DNA of 39,046 nucleotides from Helicobacteraceae bacterium 4484_230. GTDB lineage: Bacteria; Campylobacterota; Campylobacteria; Campylobacterales; Sulfurimonadaceae. The stretch lies in contig MZGN01000014.1 of the NCBI GenBank assembly GCA_002085085.1, positions 1 to 39,046 of the forward strand. Reading direction: 5' to 3'. The translations under genes were made by a program, and so were the position numbers. Below, piece after piece: positions 16,398-28,127 of this stretch (position 1 is the first letter of the stretch; every line of letters starts with the position of its first letter). The notes beneath the pieces were generated by a model, which searched no databases, was not told the origin of the DNA, and saw nothing but the letters and a program-made list of their open reading frames with translations.

Positions 16398-19157
16398 ATG
16401 GATTATAAAGAGACACTTCTTCTGCCTAAAACAGACTTTCCGATGCGCGGGAATCTTATTCAGAACGAGCCGAAGCGCTATAGCGCATGGTACGAGAACG
16501 ATGTTTACACCCAGATGAAGAAAAATCGGAATGAGTCCGAATCGTTTACGCTTCATGACGGTCCCCCTTATGCAAACGGCCATACCCATATCGGACATGC
16601 GCTTAACAAGATACTTAAAGACATCATTGTCAAGCAGCACTATTTCGGAGGCAAGTCGGTCCGCTTTACTCCGGGCTGGGACTGTCACGGTCTTCCTATC
16701 GAGCAGCAGGTCGAGAAAAAGCTTGGCGGCAAGCAGAAAAAAGAGCAGCTTGATGCCGGTGAGATCCGCAGGCTTTGCCGTGAGCATGCTTTGAAATTTG
16801 TCGACATACAAAGAGACGAGTTTAAAAAGCTTGGAATTCTGGCCGATTGGGACAAACCCTATCTGACTATGGATTATAAATTTGAGGCCAATATCTACAG
16901 AACTCTGTGTGATGTAGCAAAAAAAGGTCTTCTCGTAGAGCGTTCCAAGCCGGTCTACTGGAGCTGGGCGGAGCGTACGGCACTGGCGGAAGCGGAAGTG
17001 GAATATGAGGACAAAGAGAGCCACTCTATTTTTGTGGCTTTTGAGTTAAGTGACGAGTCCAAAATCCGTCTGGGTATTGAAGGCAAAGCGGCTCCGGTTA
17101 TCTGGACGACAACACCGTGGACACTGCCGGCGAATACGGGAATCTCTCTGCATCCGGATGAGAAATATGTCAGAAGCAGTGACGGTTATATCGTAGCCAA
17201 AAAGCTTTATAACTCTATGGTAGAATCCGGTGTGATTAAAGGCGAGGTGGTTCAGACATTTGATGCTTCGCAGCTGGAAAACCTGCATGCGATCAATCCG
17301 CTGAACGGCCGCAGATCCCTGATAGTCCTTGGCGGGCATGTACTGATGGATAACGGTACGGGATGCGTCCATACGGCTCCCGGCCATGGTGAGGATGACT
17401 ACCGCGTAGGCTTGAAGTATAATCTGGATGTGATTATGCCTGTAGATGAGACAGGCTGCTTCGATCAGACGGTTGTGCGTGAAAAACTGCTGCCGGAGGC
17501 TGAAGGTTTCGTAGGCATGCATATTTTCAAATCCAATGAACCTATTTTGGAACTGCTTGGCAAAAGCCTTCTGGGTGTTTCGAAGTTCACCCATTCGTAT
17601 CCGCACTGCTGGCGTTCACATACGCCGCTTATTTTTCGTGCGACAAAACAGTGGTTTATTGCGGTTGACGAGGTTCCGTCAGGCGAGAGCAGGACGCTTC
17701 GGGAAATTGCTGTCAGTGAGGTTGGTAAAACAGAATTTTATCCGGAAACGGGACGCAAGCGTCTGAGTTCCATGGTTGAGAACAGGCCCGACTGGTGTAT
17801 CTCCCGCCAGCGTGACTGGGGTGTGCCTATCGCATTTTTTCGTGTTAAAGCCACCGGTGAAGTGATCCTGGATGAAAAGGTACTGAACTTTATCGCCATG
17901 GTTTTCGAGATGAAAGGTTCTGATGCATGGTATACGATGCCGACAGAACAGCTTCTCTATCCGGGAAGCGGGTACAGGGCAGATGAACTTGAGAAAGTGA
18001 CTGATATCCTCGATGTCTGGTTTGACAGCGGTTCGACATGGAATGCGGTAATAAAGTCACGTAATTATGATGCAGGCAAGTATCCTGCAGATCTTTATCT
18101 TGAAGGCTCAGACCAGCATAGGGGCTGGTTTCAGTCTTCACTCTTTTTAAGTACGGCAGTTGAGCACAAGGCACCTTACAAGGGTATATTGACTCACGGA
18201 TTTACTGTTGATGCCAAGGGTGAGAAGATGTCCAAGTCAAAGGGCAATGTGGTTGCGCCGGACAAAGTAATCAAGCAGTATGGCTCGGAGATCCTGCGTC
18301 TATGGGTAGCCCTCAGTGACTACCAGGGTGATTTGAAGATCTCTGACGATATTTTAAAGCAGACGGCTGAACACTACAGGAAACTGCGCAATACGTTCAG
18401 GTTCCTGCTGGCCAATATTGATGACCTTGAGTCTGTAATGCCGTTTGAGCAGATGGGTTCACTCGATCAATGGATCGTCTCCAAGGCAGTTGCCGTCTTC
18501 GATGAGGTGTATAGACTGTTTAGTGAATACAATCTTGTAGGCGGTATGAGCTTGCTCAATAATTTTATAGTCAATGAACTCAGTGGTATCTATATGGATA
18601 TTACAAAAGACAGGCTCTACTGTGATGCAAAAGATGATGACCACCGCCGTGCGAGTCAGAGTGCAATGGCGATGATAACAAGATCCATGCTGTTACTGAT
18701 AGCTCCTATATTGACCTATACGGCAGATGAGATCGTAGAAAATGCTCCTGCAGTAATCAAAAAAGATGCCAAATCCATTTTTGATTTGCAGTATGAGCCG
18801 ATTGACGGTGTTTACAGTACTTTCAGTGAAAATTTTATGATCAAGGCGCGCGAAGGTTTTTATGAGATAGTCGATCAGTTGAAAAAAGAGAAAAAAATAA
18901 AGAGTACGCTTGAGCTGGTAATTCATACAGACTCAAAAACAGTAATGTCTCTTGATAAAACTGAAGCGGAAGACTGGTTTGTCGTCTCCGGTGTCGTCTC
19001 TTCAAAAGCTGAAGAAGAGGCGGGAAGTTTTGAAGTGGAGGGAGAGCGGTTCGCTATCGGTTTCGCAACGGGTGCCAAATGTCCACGCTGTTGGAAATTC
19101 CAGGCAGTGGACGAAACACATCTGTGTAAGCGCTGCGAGAAGGTTTTAAATGCCTGA
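16398..19157 (+). CDS. ileS: isoleucine--tRNA ligase
   Basis: 919-aa ORF. HIGH motif (PYANGHTHIGHALN), KMSKS motif (GEKMSKSKGN) and C-terminal zinc cluster CPRCW...CKRC. Confidence 0.97.
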   Translation: MDYKETLLLPKTDFPMRGNLIQNEPKRYSAWYENDVYTQMKKNRNESESFTLHDGPPYANGHTHIGHALNKILKDIIVKQHYFGGKSVRFTPGWDCHGLPIEQQVEKKLGGKQKKEQLDAGEIRRLCREHALKFVDIQRDEFKKLGILADWDKPYLTMDYKFEANIYRTLCDVAKKGLLVERSKPVYWSWAERTALAEAEVEYEDKESHSIFVAFELSDESKIRLGIEGKAAPVIWTTTPWTLPANTGISLHPDEKYVRSSDGYIVAKKLYNSMVESGVIKGEVVQTFDASQLENLHAINPLNGRRSLIVLGGHVLMDNGTGCVHTAPGHGEDDYRVGLKYNLDVIMPVDETGCFDQTVVREKLLPEAEGFVGMHIFKSNEPILELLGKSLLGVSKFTHSYPHCWRSHTPLIFRATKQWFIAVDEVPSGESRTLREIAVSEVGKTEFYPETGRKRLSSMVENRPDWCISRQRDWGVPIAFFRVKATGEVILDEKVLNFIAMVFEMKGSDAWYTMPTEQLLYPGSGYRADELEKVTDILDVWFDSGSTWNAVIKSRNYDAGKYPADLYLEGSDQHRGWFQSSLFLSTAVEHKAPYKGILTHGFTVDAKGEKMSKSKGNVVAPDKVIKQYGSEILRLWVALSDYQGDLKISDDILKQTAEHYRKLRNTFRFLLANIDDLESVMPFEQMGSLDQWIVSKAVAVFDEVYRLFSEYNLVGGMSLLNNFIVNELSGIYMDITKDRLYCDAKDDDHRRASQSAMAMITRSMLLLIAPILTYTADEIVENAPAVIKKDAKSIFDLQYEPIDGVYSTFSENFMIKAREGFYEIVDQLKKEKKIKSTLELVIHTDSKTVMSLDKTEAEDWFVVSGVVSSKAEEEAGSFEVEGERFAIGFATGAKCPRCWKFQAVDETHLCKRCEKVLNA

Positions 19158-19271
19158 TCTGTCCCAAAGTGCACCGATGAGCTTTATTATAGAGACGATT
19201 TTGGTTATTTTTGCGGTGGTCGGCATAGGGATTGTCGCAGTCAAGCGGGCAAAAAAAGCAAAGGATGATGC

Positions 19272-19275
<4 letters not shown>
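19150..19275 (+). CDS. possible 41-aa single-pass membrane peptide between ileS and gatA
   Basis: Not in the track because it is short. My translation is [41 protein letters not shown]. The ATG overlaps the ileS stop region and the stop overlaps the gatA GTG (GTGA). It is supported only by the ORF and the hydrophobic-then-basic pattern. Confidence 0.3.
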
Positions 19276-22069
<2,794 letters not shown>

Positions 22070-22085
22070 GCAGGCGGTATAGAAG

Positions 22086-22595
22086 ATGCACGGCAAAGAG
22101 AGCGGCGATACTGCACCGGAGATAAGGTATGCAGGTTTTTGGGTCAGGCTTCTGGCTTCAGTCATCGATACCATAGTTCTAGCGCTTCCATTAATTCTTG
22201 TCGTATATATACTCAGTGGCGGAGAGTGGCTTGACTTTTCGAAGATACAGCAGAGTATAGGATATGCAAACAGCGGAGAAGCGATGAGCGCCCTGGAGGG
22301 TGCAAAATCCGTTCAGGCAAAGTGGGAGATAGTATTTGAGCTGCTGATGGCGGCAGTTATAATAGTCTTTTGGAAACGGTGGGCAGGAGCTACACCGGGA
22401 AAAAGAATTCTTGGCATCCATGTAGTCGATTACAAGACCGGTGCGGAGATCAGCAATGCCCAGGCAGTCGTTCGCTATATAGGCTATATTGCATCTTCTA
22501 TCATTTTGATGATAGGATTTCTGATGATAGCGTTTCGCAGGGATAAAAGGGCACTGCACGATCTGATGGCAGGTACGGCAGTGGTCTATAAATAG
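22086..22595 (+). CDS. RDD-family membrane protein
   Basis: 169-aa ORF. YAGFWVRLLASVIDTIV... and the C-terminal RRDKRALHDLMAGTAVV are typical of the RDD family. Multiple TM segments. Confidence 0.75.
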   Translation: MHGKESGDTAPEIRYAGFWVRLLASVIDTIVLALPLILVVYILSGGEWLDFSKIQQSIGYANSGEAMSALEGAKSVQAKWEIVFELLMAAVIIVFWKRWAGATPGKRILGIHVVDYKTGAEISNAQAVVRYIGYIASSIILMIGFLMIAFRRDKRALHDLMAGTAVVYK

Positions 22596-22607
22596 AAATA
22601 AGGTTTA

Positions 22608-23876
22608 ATGATGCAGTTACAGACAGAAGCGTTACATGCGGGATACGAAAAAGATACACAGGGCACGATGGCAGTTCCGATCTATCAGACGACAGCCTAT
22701 GAGTTTAGAGATGTCGAGCATGCTGCCGATCTTTTTGCACTGAAAGAGCTTGGTAATATCTATACCCGTCTGAACAATCCGACCACAGATGTATTTGAAA
22801 AGCGCATGGCGGCACTTGAGGGTGGTGAAGCGGCATTGGCGACATCTAGCGGTATGGCTGCGATTTTTTATGCAATTGCCAATGCTGCAGAAGCTGGGGA
22901 CAATATCGTCTGTGCATCACAACTCTACGGCGGTACTCTTACGCTGAGTGCCCATACACTAAAACGTTTTGGAATCGAAGCCCGCTTTTTTAATGTTCAT
23001 AAGCCTGAAGAAGCAGAGAAACTGATAGACGAAAAGACGAAAGTGCTCTTTTTTGAAACATTGACAAACCCAAGCATCGATGTGGCCGATATAGATGCGC
23101 TTACTGCAATTGCAGACAGGTGCGGTATTTTGACGATCGTAGACAATACGGTTGCCACCCCTGTGCTTTGCCGGCCCCTGGAACATGGTGTAGATGTGGT
23201 TGTGCACAGTGCAAGCAAATATACGACAGGGCAGGGACTTGCTATCGGCGGAATTATGGTTGAGCGAAAGGGGCTTGTTGAAAAGATCAGGGCAAATCCG
23301 CGCTATCGCCATTTTAATGAACCTGATGAGAGCTATCACGGCCTTGTGTATGTGGATGTGCCTTTGCCGATCTATACTCTGCGCGCACGCCTTTCACTTT
23401 TAAGAGATCTGGGTGCCGTGGTCTCACCGTTTAACTCATGGCTCTTTATTCAGGGACTTGAAACCCTGCCTCTTCGCATGAAGGAACATTCGCGCAACGC
23501 ACTGCTGTTGGCAGAGTTTCTTGAAGCGCATCCGGCTGTCTCGAAAGTAAATTATCCGGGTCTCAAGTCAGATAAAAACTATTCCGATGCACAGCGTTAT
23601 TTTGACGGCGGGCAGAGCAGCGGGCTGCTCAGTTTTGAGGTTGAAAGTTTTGAGAAGGCAAAAGCAGTTGTCGATGCAACGGAACTTTTTTCGCTGGTTG
23701 TCAACATAGGCGATTCAAAATCGATCATTACGCATCCGGCTTCTACAACCCATCAGCAGTTGTCCAGCGAAGAGCTGAAGGCCTGCGGCGTACCGGCCGG
23801 ACTGATCCGTCTGAGTGTTGGTCTTGAATCGGCTGCAGATCTTATAGACGATCTTAAACAGGCGCTAGAGGCTTAG
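22608..23876 (+). CDS. metY: O-acetylhomoserine sulfhydrylase (PLP-dependent Cys/Met metabolism family)
   Basis: 422-aa ORF. HAGYEKD..G..AVPIYQTTAY, PLP-lysine context HSASKYTTGQG, C-terminal LIRLSVGLES. Confidence 0.9.
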   Translation: MMQLQTEALHAGYEKDTQGTMAVPIYQTTAYEFRDVEHAADLFALKELGNIYTRLNNPTTDVFEKRMAALEGGEAALATSSGMAAIFYAIANAAEAGDNIVCASQLYGGTLTLSAHTLKRFGIEARFFNVHKPEEAEKLIDEKTKVLFFETLTNPSIDVADIDALTAIADRCGILTIVDNTVATPVLCRPLEHGVDVVVHSASKYTTGQGLAIGGIMVERKGLVEKIRANPRYRHFNEPDESYHGLVYVDVPLPIYTLRARLSLLRDLGAVVSPFNSWLFIQGLETLPLRMKEHSRNALLLAEFLEAHPAVSKVNYPGLKSDKNYSDAQRYFDGGQSSGLLSFEVESFEKAKAVVDATELFSLVVNIGDSKSIITHPASTTHQQLSSEELKACGVPAGLIRLSVGLESAADLIDDLKQALEA

Positions 23877-23883
23877 TTAAAAC

Positions 23884-25053
23884 GTGTTAAATCTTCAGAC
23901 CCATACCGAGCATTTTACGAACCCGCTTTATCTGGAGAGCGGACGTATCCTGGAGCCGTACGATATAGCTTATGAGACTTATGGTGAGATTAGTGATGAA
24001 AAAGACAATGTGATTATTGTCACACACGCACTGACAGGTTCACATCATGCCGCAGGTTACTATGAAGGTGAGAGCAAGCCGGGTTGGTGGGACGGACTGA
24101 TAGGCCCCGGAAAAGCACTGGACACGGACCGTTATTTTATTATATGTACCAACGTAATAGGAAGCTGTTTCGGTTCCAGCGGTCCAATGTCTATGATGGA
24201 GTCCCATAATGCACCGTATCGGTATAAATTTCCCGTGATTACGGTAAAAGATATGGTCAAGGCGCAGAGGATTCTGTTCGACAGGTTGGGGATCCACCAT
24301 GTCCATGCTATAGTAGGCGGCTCGATGGGCGGTATGCAGGCTCTGCAGTTTGCCGTACACTATCCAAAATTTGCTGACAAGATTATCGTTATGGCATCGA
24401 CCTATGCAACCCAGCCGTGGGCCATTGCCTTTAACAAGGTTGCCCAGGAGGCTATTTTGGAGGATCCGGATTTTAAGAAGGGCTATTACGATCCGGAAGA
24501 TATACGAAAAAACGGCTTAACCGGTATGGCGGTCGGACGTATGGCCGGTCATATCAGTTTTCTTTCACACCACTCTATGCAGAGGAAGTTCGGGCGTTCC
24601 TATAAGCGGGATGACGGACTTTATGAGCTTTTTGGAAAGTTCCAGGTTGAGTCATACCTGGAGTATAACGGCTACAACTTTACCAAGTGGTTCGATCCTC
24701 TCTCTTATCTCTATATTACCAAGGCGATCAATATTTATGACCTCGGCAGAGGTTTTGATTCTCTTGAGGAGGCTCTCTCTAAAATACAGGCAGAGCTTTA
24801 TATGATCAGTTTTTCCAGTGACATACTTTTTTTGCCGTCCGAAATGGAGAGGATTGTCGATGTTTTAAAAGCCAGAAATTACAAGAAGTGTGACTATCTG
24901 GAGGTTGAGAGCGATTACGGCCATGATGCCTTTCTGGTGGAGATCGACAAGTTCGAAGATTATGTACGAGAGGCGTTGAAGCCAAAACGCAGGAGCCTAA
25001 ATCCTGGTCCGAGCCGATGGCATGAAGAAGCAATTACGACACCTATCAGGTAG
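23884..25053 (+). CDS. metX: homoserine O-acetyltransferase
   Basis: 389-aa ORF with a GTG start. alpha/beta-hydrolase nucleophile elbow GGSMGGMQALQ and C-terminal SDYGHDAFL. The ~30-aa tail after FEDYVREAL seems longer than I would expect. Confidence 0.9.
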   Translation: MLNLQTHTEHFTNPLYLESGRILEPYDIAYETYGEISDEKDNVIIVTHALTGSHHAAGYYEGESKPGWWDGLIGPGKALDTDRYFIICTNVIGSCFGSSGPMSMMESHNAPYRYKFPVITVKDMVKAQRILFDRLGIHHVHAIVGGSMGGMQALQFAVHYPKFADKIIVMASTYATQPWAIAFNKVAQEAILEDPDFKKGYYDPEDIRKNGLTGMAVGRMAGHISFLSHHSMQRKFGRSYKRDDGLYELFGKFQVESYLEYNGYNFTKWFDPLSYLYITKAINIYDLGRGFDSLEEALSKIQAELYMISFSSDILFLPSEMERIVDVLKARNYKKCDYLEVESDYGHDAFLVEIDKFEDYVREALKPKRRSLNPGPSRWHEEAITTPIR

Positions 25054-25090
25054 CCAGGTCTCAATGTTGGGTATATTTTAGACAGGATGT

Positions 25091-25285
25091 ATGATGAAAA
25101 AAGATGATTTTGAGAGCAGGCTGGAAAAAGCGAAAGCAATTCTTGAGAAACTGATGGATCCGGAAATTACGCTTAGCGACAGTCTCAAGGCGTATGAAGA
25201 AGGGATGAAAGAGCTTAAAATTGCCCAAAAAATGCTCGAAGACGCACAGCTGAAGGTAGCGCAGGTTCGAAGTGAAGAGGCATAG
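25091..25285 (+). CDS. xseB: exodeoxyribonuclease VII small subunit
   Basis: 64-aa ORF. FESRLEKAKAILEKLMDPEITLSDSLKAYEEGMKELKIAQKMLEDAQ is a typical XseB sequence. Confidence 0.85.
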   Translation: MMKKDDFESRLEKAKAILEKLMDPEITLSDSLKAYEEGMKELKIAQKMLEDAQLKVAQVRSEEA

Positions 25286-25286
25286 C

Positions 25287-25949
25287 TTGAGAGCGGCTGT
25301 TTTGCAATTGCCATCTATAGGAATGAGCAGCACAAAGCTGTACCACTATATCCGCATAGCGCACAAAAAGCAGATAAAGCTTCTACTGCTTGGCGAGTAT
25401 ATCCTCAACCCTTTCTTCCATGAACTGAAGTCGATGCCGGTCTCCATGATAAAAGAGCAGGGCAGTCATCAGATGGCAATCCTTAAAGAGCTTTCACATC
25501 AGTACGATTTGACGATAGTCGCTCCTCTGGTAATGATTAAAAAGGGCAAACCGTATAAAGTGATTGTAAAAGTGGGCCCGAACTCTACCTCCTATTATGA
25601 TCAGCAGGTGCTTATAAACTACTCCCACTGGAGTGAAGAGAGATTTTATGCCAATACTGTAAAGCCGTTCGAGTCGCCTATGGTTTTTACAGTTGACGGG
25701 ATTAGATTTGCCGTTATGGGCGGGTTTGAGCTCCATTTTGACGCTCTGTGGCAAAAGCTTCTGGAGAAGAGTATAGATTGTGTTCTGCTTCCGAGCGTTT
25801 CAACTTTTGAATCCCAGAAGCGTTGGAAAAAACTGGTTGGGATGAGAGCGTTTACCAATAACTGGATCGTCGAACTAGATCACGGCAAAGTGGTGGAGGC
25901 TCGAAGAAGCTGGGGGTTCAAAGAGGCTGTGCACAGACGTCAGTCATGA
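25287..25949 (+). CDS. carbon-nitrogen hydrolase (nitrilase superfamily) homologue, short and possibly non-catalytic
   Basis: The track ORF starts at 25272 (GTG). The TTG at 25287, right after the xseB stop, gives (M)RAAVLQLPSIG..., a typical CN-hydrolase start. LLLLGEY holds the conserved Glu. See the finding for the missing Lys/Cys context and the short C-terminus. Confidence 0.6.
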   Translation: MRAAVLQLPSIGMSSTKLYHYIRIAHKKQIKLLLLGEYILNPFFHELKSMPVSMIKEQGSHQMAILKELSHQYDLTIVAPLVMIKKGKPYKVIVKVGPNSTSYYDQQVLINYSHWSEERFYANTVKPFESPMVFTVDGIRFAVMGGFELHFDALWQKLLEKSIDCVLLPSVSTFESQKRWKKLVGMRAFTNNWIVELDHGKVVEARRSWGFKEAVHRRQS

Positions 25950-26446
25950 AGTGGAATCTAAAAAAGATACTTAAAGAGCTGCTTGTTACAGCGATGTTGG
26001 TTGTCGTATTTGCCAATGTGATTAGTTACCTGAAAAAACCGGATATTGAAAGTGATGTTCTGCCTGAGATCAATGCGACTTTGATAAACAGCAAAGCTTT
26101 TTCAACTGAAGCATTCAGGGGCAAGCCTCTGCTTATACACTTTTGGGCTACATGGTGTCCGACATGCAAGGCAGAAGCCGGAAACATAGAGACTCTCTCC
26201 AAATACTACAATGTGCTGAGTGTGGCGGTAAATTCCGGCAGCGATGCGGATCTGCGGCAATATATGAAGGAGCATGAGCTAACATTCAGTATTTTAAATG
26301 ATATGGATCATGGCTATGCCGATGCTTTTGCCGTCAAGGTCTTTCCGACAACCTTTGTCTATAATTCCAGCGGTGAACTTGTTTTTACGGAAGTGGGCTA
26401 CACCTCTACTTTAGGGTTTTTGTTTAGAATGTGGTGGGCGCAATAA
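25946..26446 (+). CDS. membrane-anchored thioredoxin-like thiol:disulfide oxidoreductase (TlpA/ResA family)
   Basis: 166-aa ORF. N-terminal TM anchor and the redox motif WATWCPTCKAE. The start overlaps the upstream stop (ATGA). Confidence 0.8.
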   Translation: MKWNLKKILKELLVTAMLVVVFANVISYLKKPDIESDVLPEINATLINSKAFSTEAFRGKPLLIHFWATWCPTCKAEAGNIETLSKYYNVLSVAVNSGSDADLRQYMKEHELTFSILNDMDHGYADAFAVKVFPTTFVYNSSGELVFTEVGYTSTLGFLFRMWWAQ

Positions 26447-26558
26447 TGTTTTACATGCTATGGATTGAATTTAGGCTTTTGGGATTATAAAATATAATTA
26501 ATAGATCTTTAAGTACAAAAGATTGATAATTAACTATAGCTTATAAAAGGAGCAGAAG

Positions 26559-27494
26559 ATGAAAACAGGTAAATTGGCAAGTGCGATGATAATCGCAGGG
26601 TTGGGAATTGGTGTTATCGTCGGATGCGGTGGAGGCGGAGGAAGCGGAGGCGGTGGCAGTATCGCCTCCACAATGAATGATGAGACAGCAGCTGCATGGG
26701 CAGCCAATCTCTCCAAGATCCAGGGCTGTAATGAGGTCAATATCAGTTTAGCACCTGCAATCAGCCGCTCAGTAGCACGTTATTCTTGGGATATATCAGG
26801 GCCTTGCGGCGGTTCAATTAATATTTCATATGATCATGAGAACGGCATAACTACATATGGGTACGATATGGACAGTGCGTGTCTGCCTGTAAGATCAAAA
26901 GATGTAAGCCTGACCGGAAAAGCTACCCTTGTTGAGCATGGTAAGCCAAGTCCGAGTGGTCCAATTGTGTCTCATGATACAGCCGCAACAAATGGACGTA
27001 TAAATGCTTCTGTCGTAGATGGTTCAAGGACTGAGCCGGAAACTTTTTCAATGGCATTTAGTGGTCTTACTCAGACATACGGTTCAGGCAATAAAAACAA
27101 TCCTGGAACAGAGGCCAGGCCGGATACTATGACAATAAGTTCTGCAGATATTATTGATTCATTGGGTAAAAAATATGCAGTATCGGCTTTGAGTGGAAAA
27201 AACTATCCGGTTTCTGATGGTCTTATATTTAAAACAGTGAGTGCTACTTATACCGATCCGACTGAAGGGACATTTACGGTAAAAGCTGAAAATATCAAGA
27301 TATTAACAAACGGTCAGAGTATTATACCTGGTGTGCCAGGCGGTATACCGGAAGCTGTGGACGGGACAGTGGATTTAACAGCAACAGATGGCACAAAAGG
27401 TTCAATAAAATTCGAGAATGAAATAATTTATATTTATGTAGATGATGAGAACGGCACGCATGAGTCAGCAAGGATTGATTGTTCTGATATATGA
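26559..27494 (+). CDS. lipoprotein with a Gly/Ser tether, function unknown
   Basis: 311-aa ORF. Signal peptide plus lipobox VIVGC followed by GGGGGSGGGGS. AAGGAG lies upstream of the ATG. Confidence 0.7.
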   Translation: MKTGKLASAMIIAGLGIGVIVGCGGGGGSGGGGSIASTMNDETAAAWAANLSKIQGCNEVNISLAPAISRSVARYSWDISGPCGGSINISYDHENGITTYGYDMDSACLPVRSKDVSLTGKATLVEHGKPSPSGPIVSHDTAATNGRINASVVDGSRTEPETFSMAFSGLTQTYGSGNKNNPGTEARPDTMTISSADIIDSLGKKYAVSALSGKNYPVSDGLIFKTVSATYTDPTEGTFTVKAENIKILTNGQSIIPGVPGGIPEAVDGTVDLTATDGTKGSIKFENEIIYIYVDDENGTHESARIDCSDI

Positions 27495-27544
27495 TCCTGT
27501 GTTTAGATGAGTGGTTAAAATATCTGAAAGGGAGAGGGGGGTAT

Positions 27545-28102
27545 ATGAACTTAACCTTACCAAACCTTCTCAGTCTTTATCGTCTCGCTGCGGCACCGTT
27601 TTTGTTGGTGAGTGCCTATGTGGGTTCAGAGGCTTTCTTTTTCTTTCTTTTTCTTTCTATGCTTTTTTCAGATGCACTTGACGGGTTGTTGGCCCGCATC
27701 CTCCATCAGACTTCCAAGCTGGGTGCAAGACTTGACAGCTATGGCGATATTGCAACATATCTCAGTACGCCTGTTGCTGTCTGGTGGCTCTGGCCGGAGA
27801 TCATAAAGGATGAAATGGTTTATATTGTTGCAGCAATAGTGATCTATATTTTTCCGGCTTTTTTCTCTTTTGCAAAATTTGGACAGCTTGCCAGTTATCA
27901 CACATGGATCACAAAGCTGTCTGCAGGATTGATGAGCCTGGGTATTATATTTCTTCTTTTTTTCCATATTTCAACTGTTTTTCATATTGCAATTGCATTT
28001 TTGATTGTTGAGGCAGTAGAGAACATTGCAATTACCCATATCCTTTCCGAGCCAAAAAGTGATATACGTTCATTTTGGGATGCTCGTATAAGCCAAAAAT
28101 GA
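27545..28102 (+). CDS. CDP-alcohol phosphatidyltransferase family protein
   Basis: The track ORF starts at 27491. The ATG at 27545 follows GGGAGAGGGGGG. Signature DALDGLLARILHQTSKLGARLDSYGDIATY (D-G-x2-A-R-x8-G-x3-D-x3-D). Multiple TM helices. Confidence 0.8.
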   Translation: MNLTLPNLLSLYRLAAAPFLLVSAYVGSEAFFFFLFLSMLFSDALDGLLARILHQTSKLGARLDSYGDIATYLSTPVAVWWLWPEIIKDEMVYIVAAIVIYIFPAFFSFAKFGQLASYHTWITKLSAGLMSLGIIFLLFFHISTVFHIAIAFLIVEAVENIAITHILSEPKSDIRSFWDARISQK

Positions 28103-28127
28103 GTAGAATAGAGTCAAGGATTATTTT

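Noticed and set aside
22596-22607. SAM riboswitch or other leader upstream of metY-metX.
   Set aside because: Only 12 nt separate metY from the upstream RDD gene, which leaves no room for a riboswitch. The genes appear to belong to a long co-directional array.
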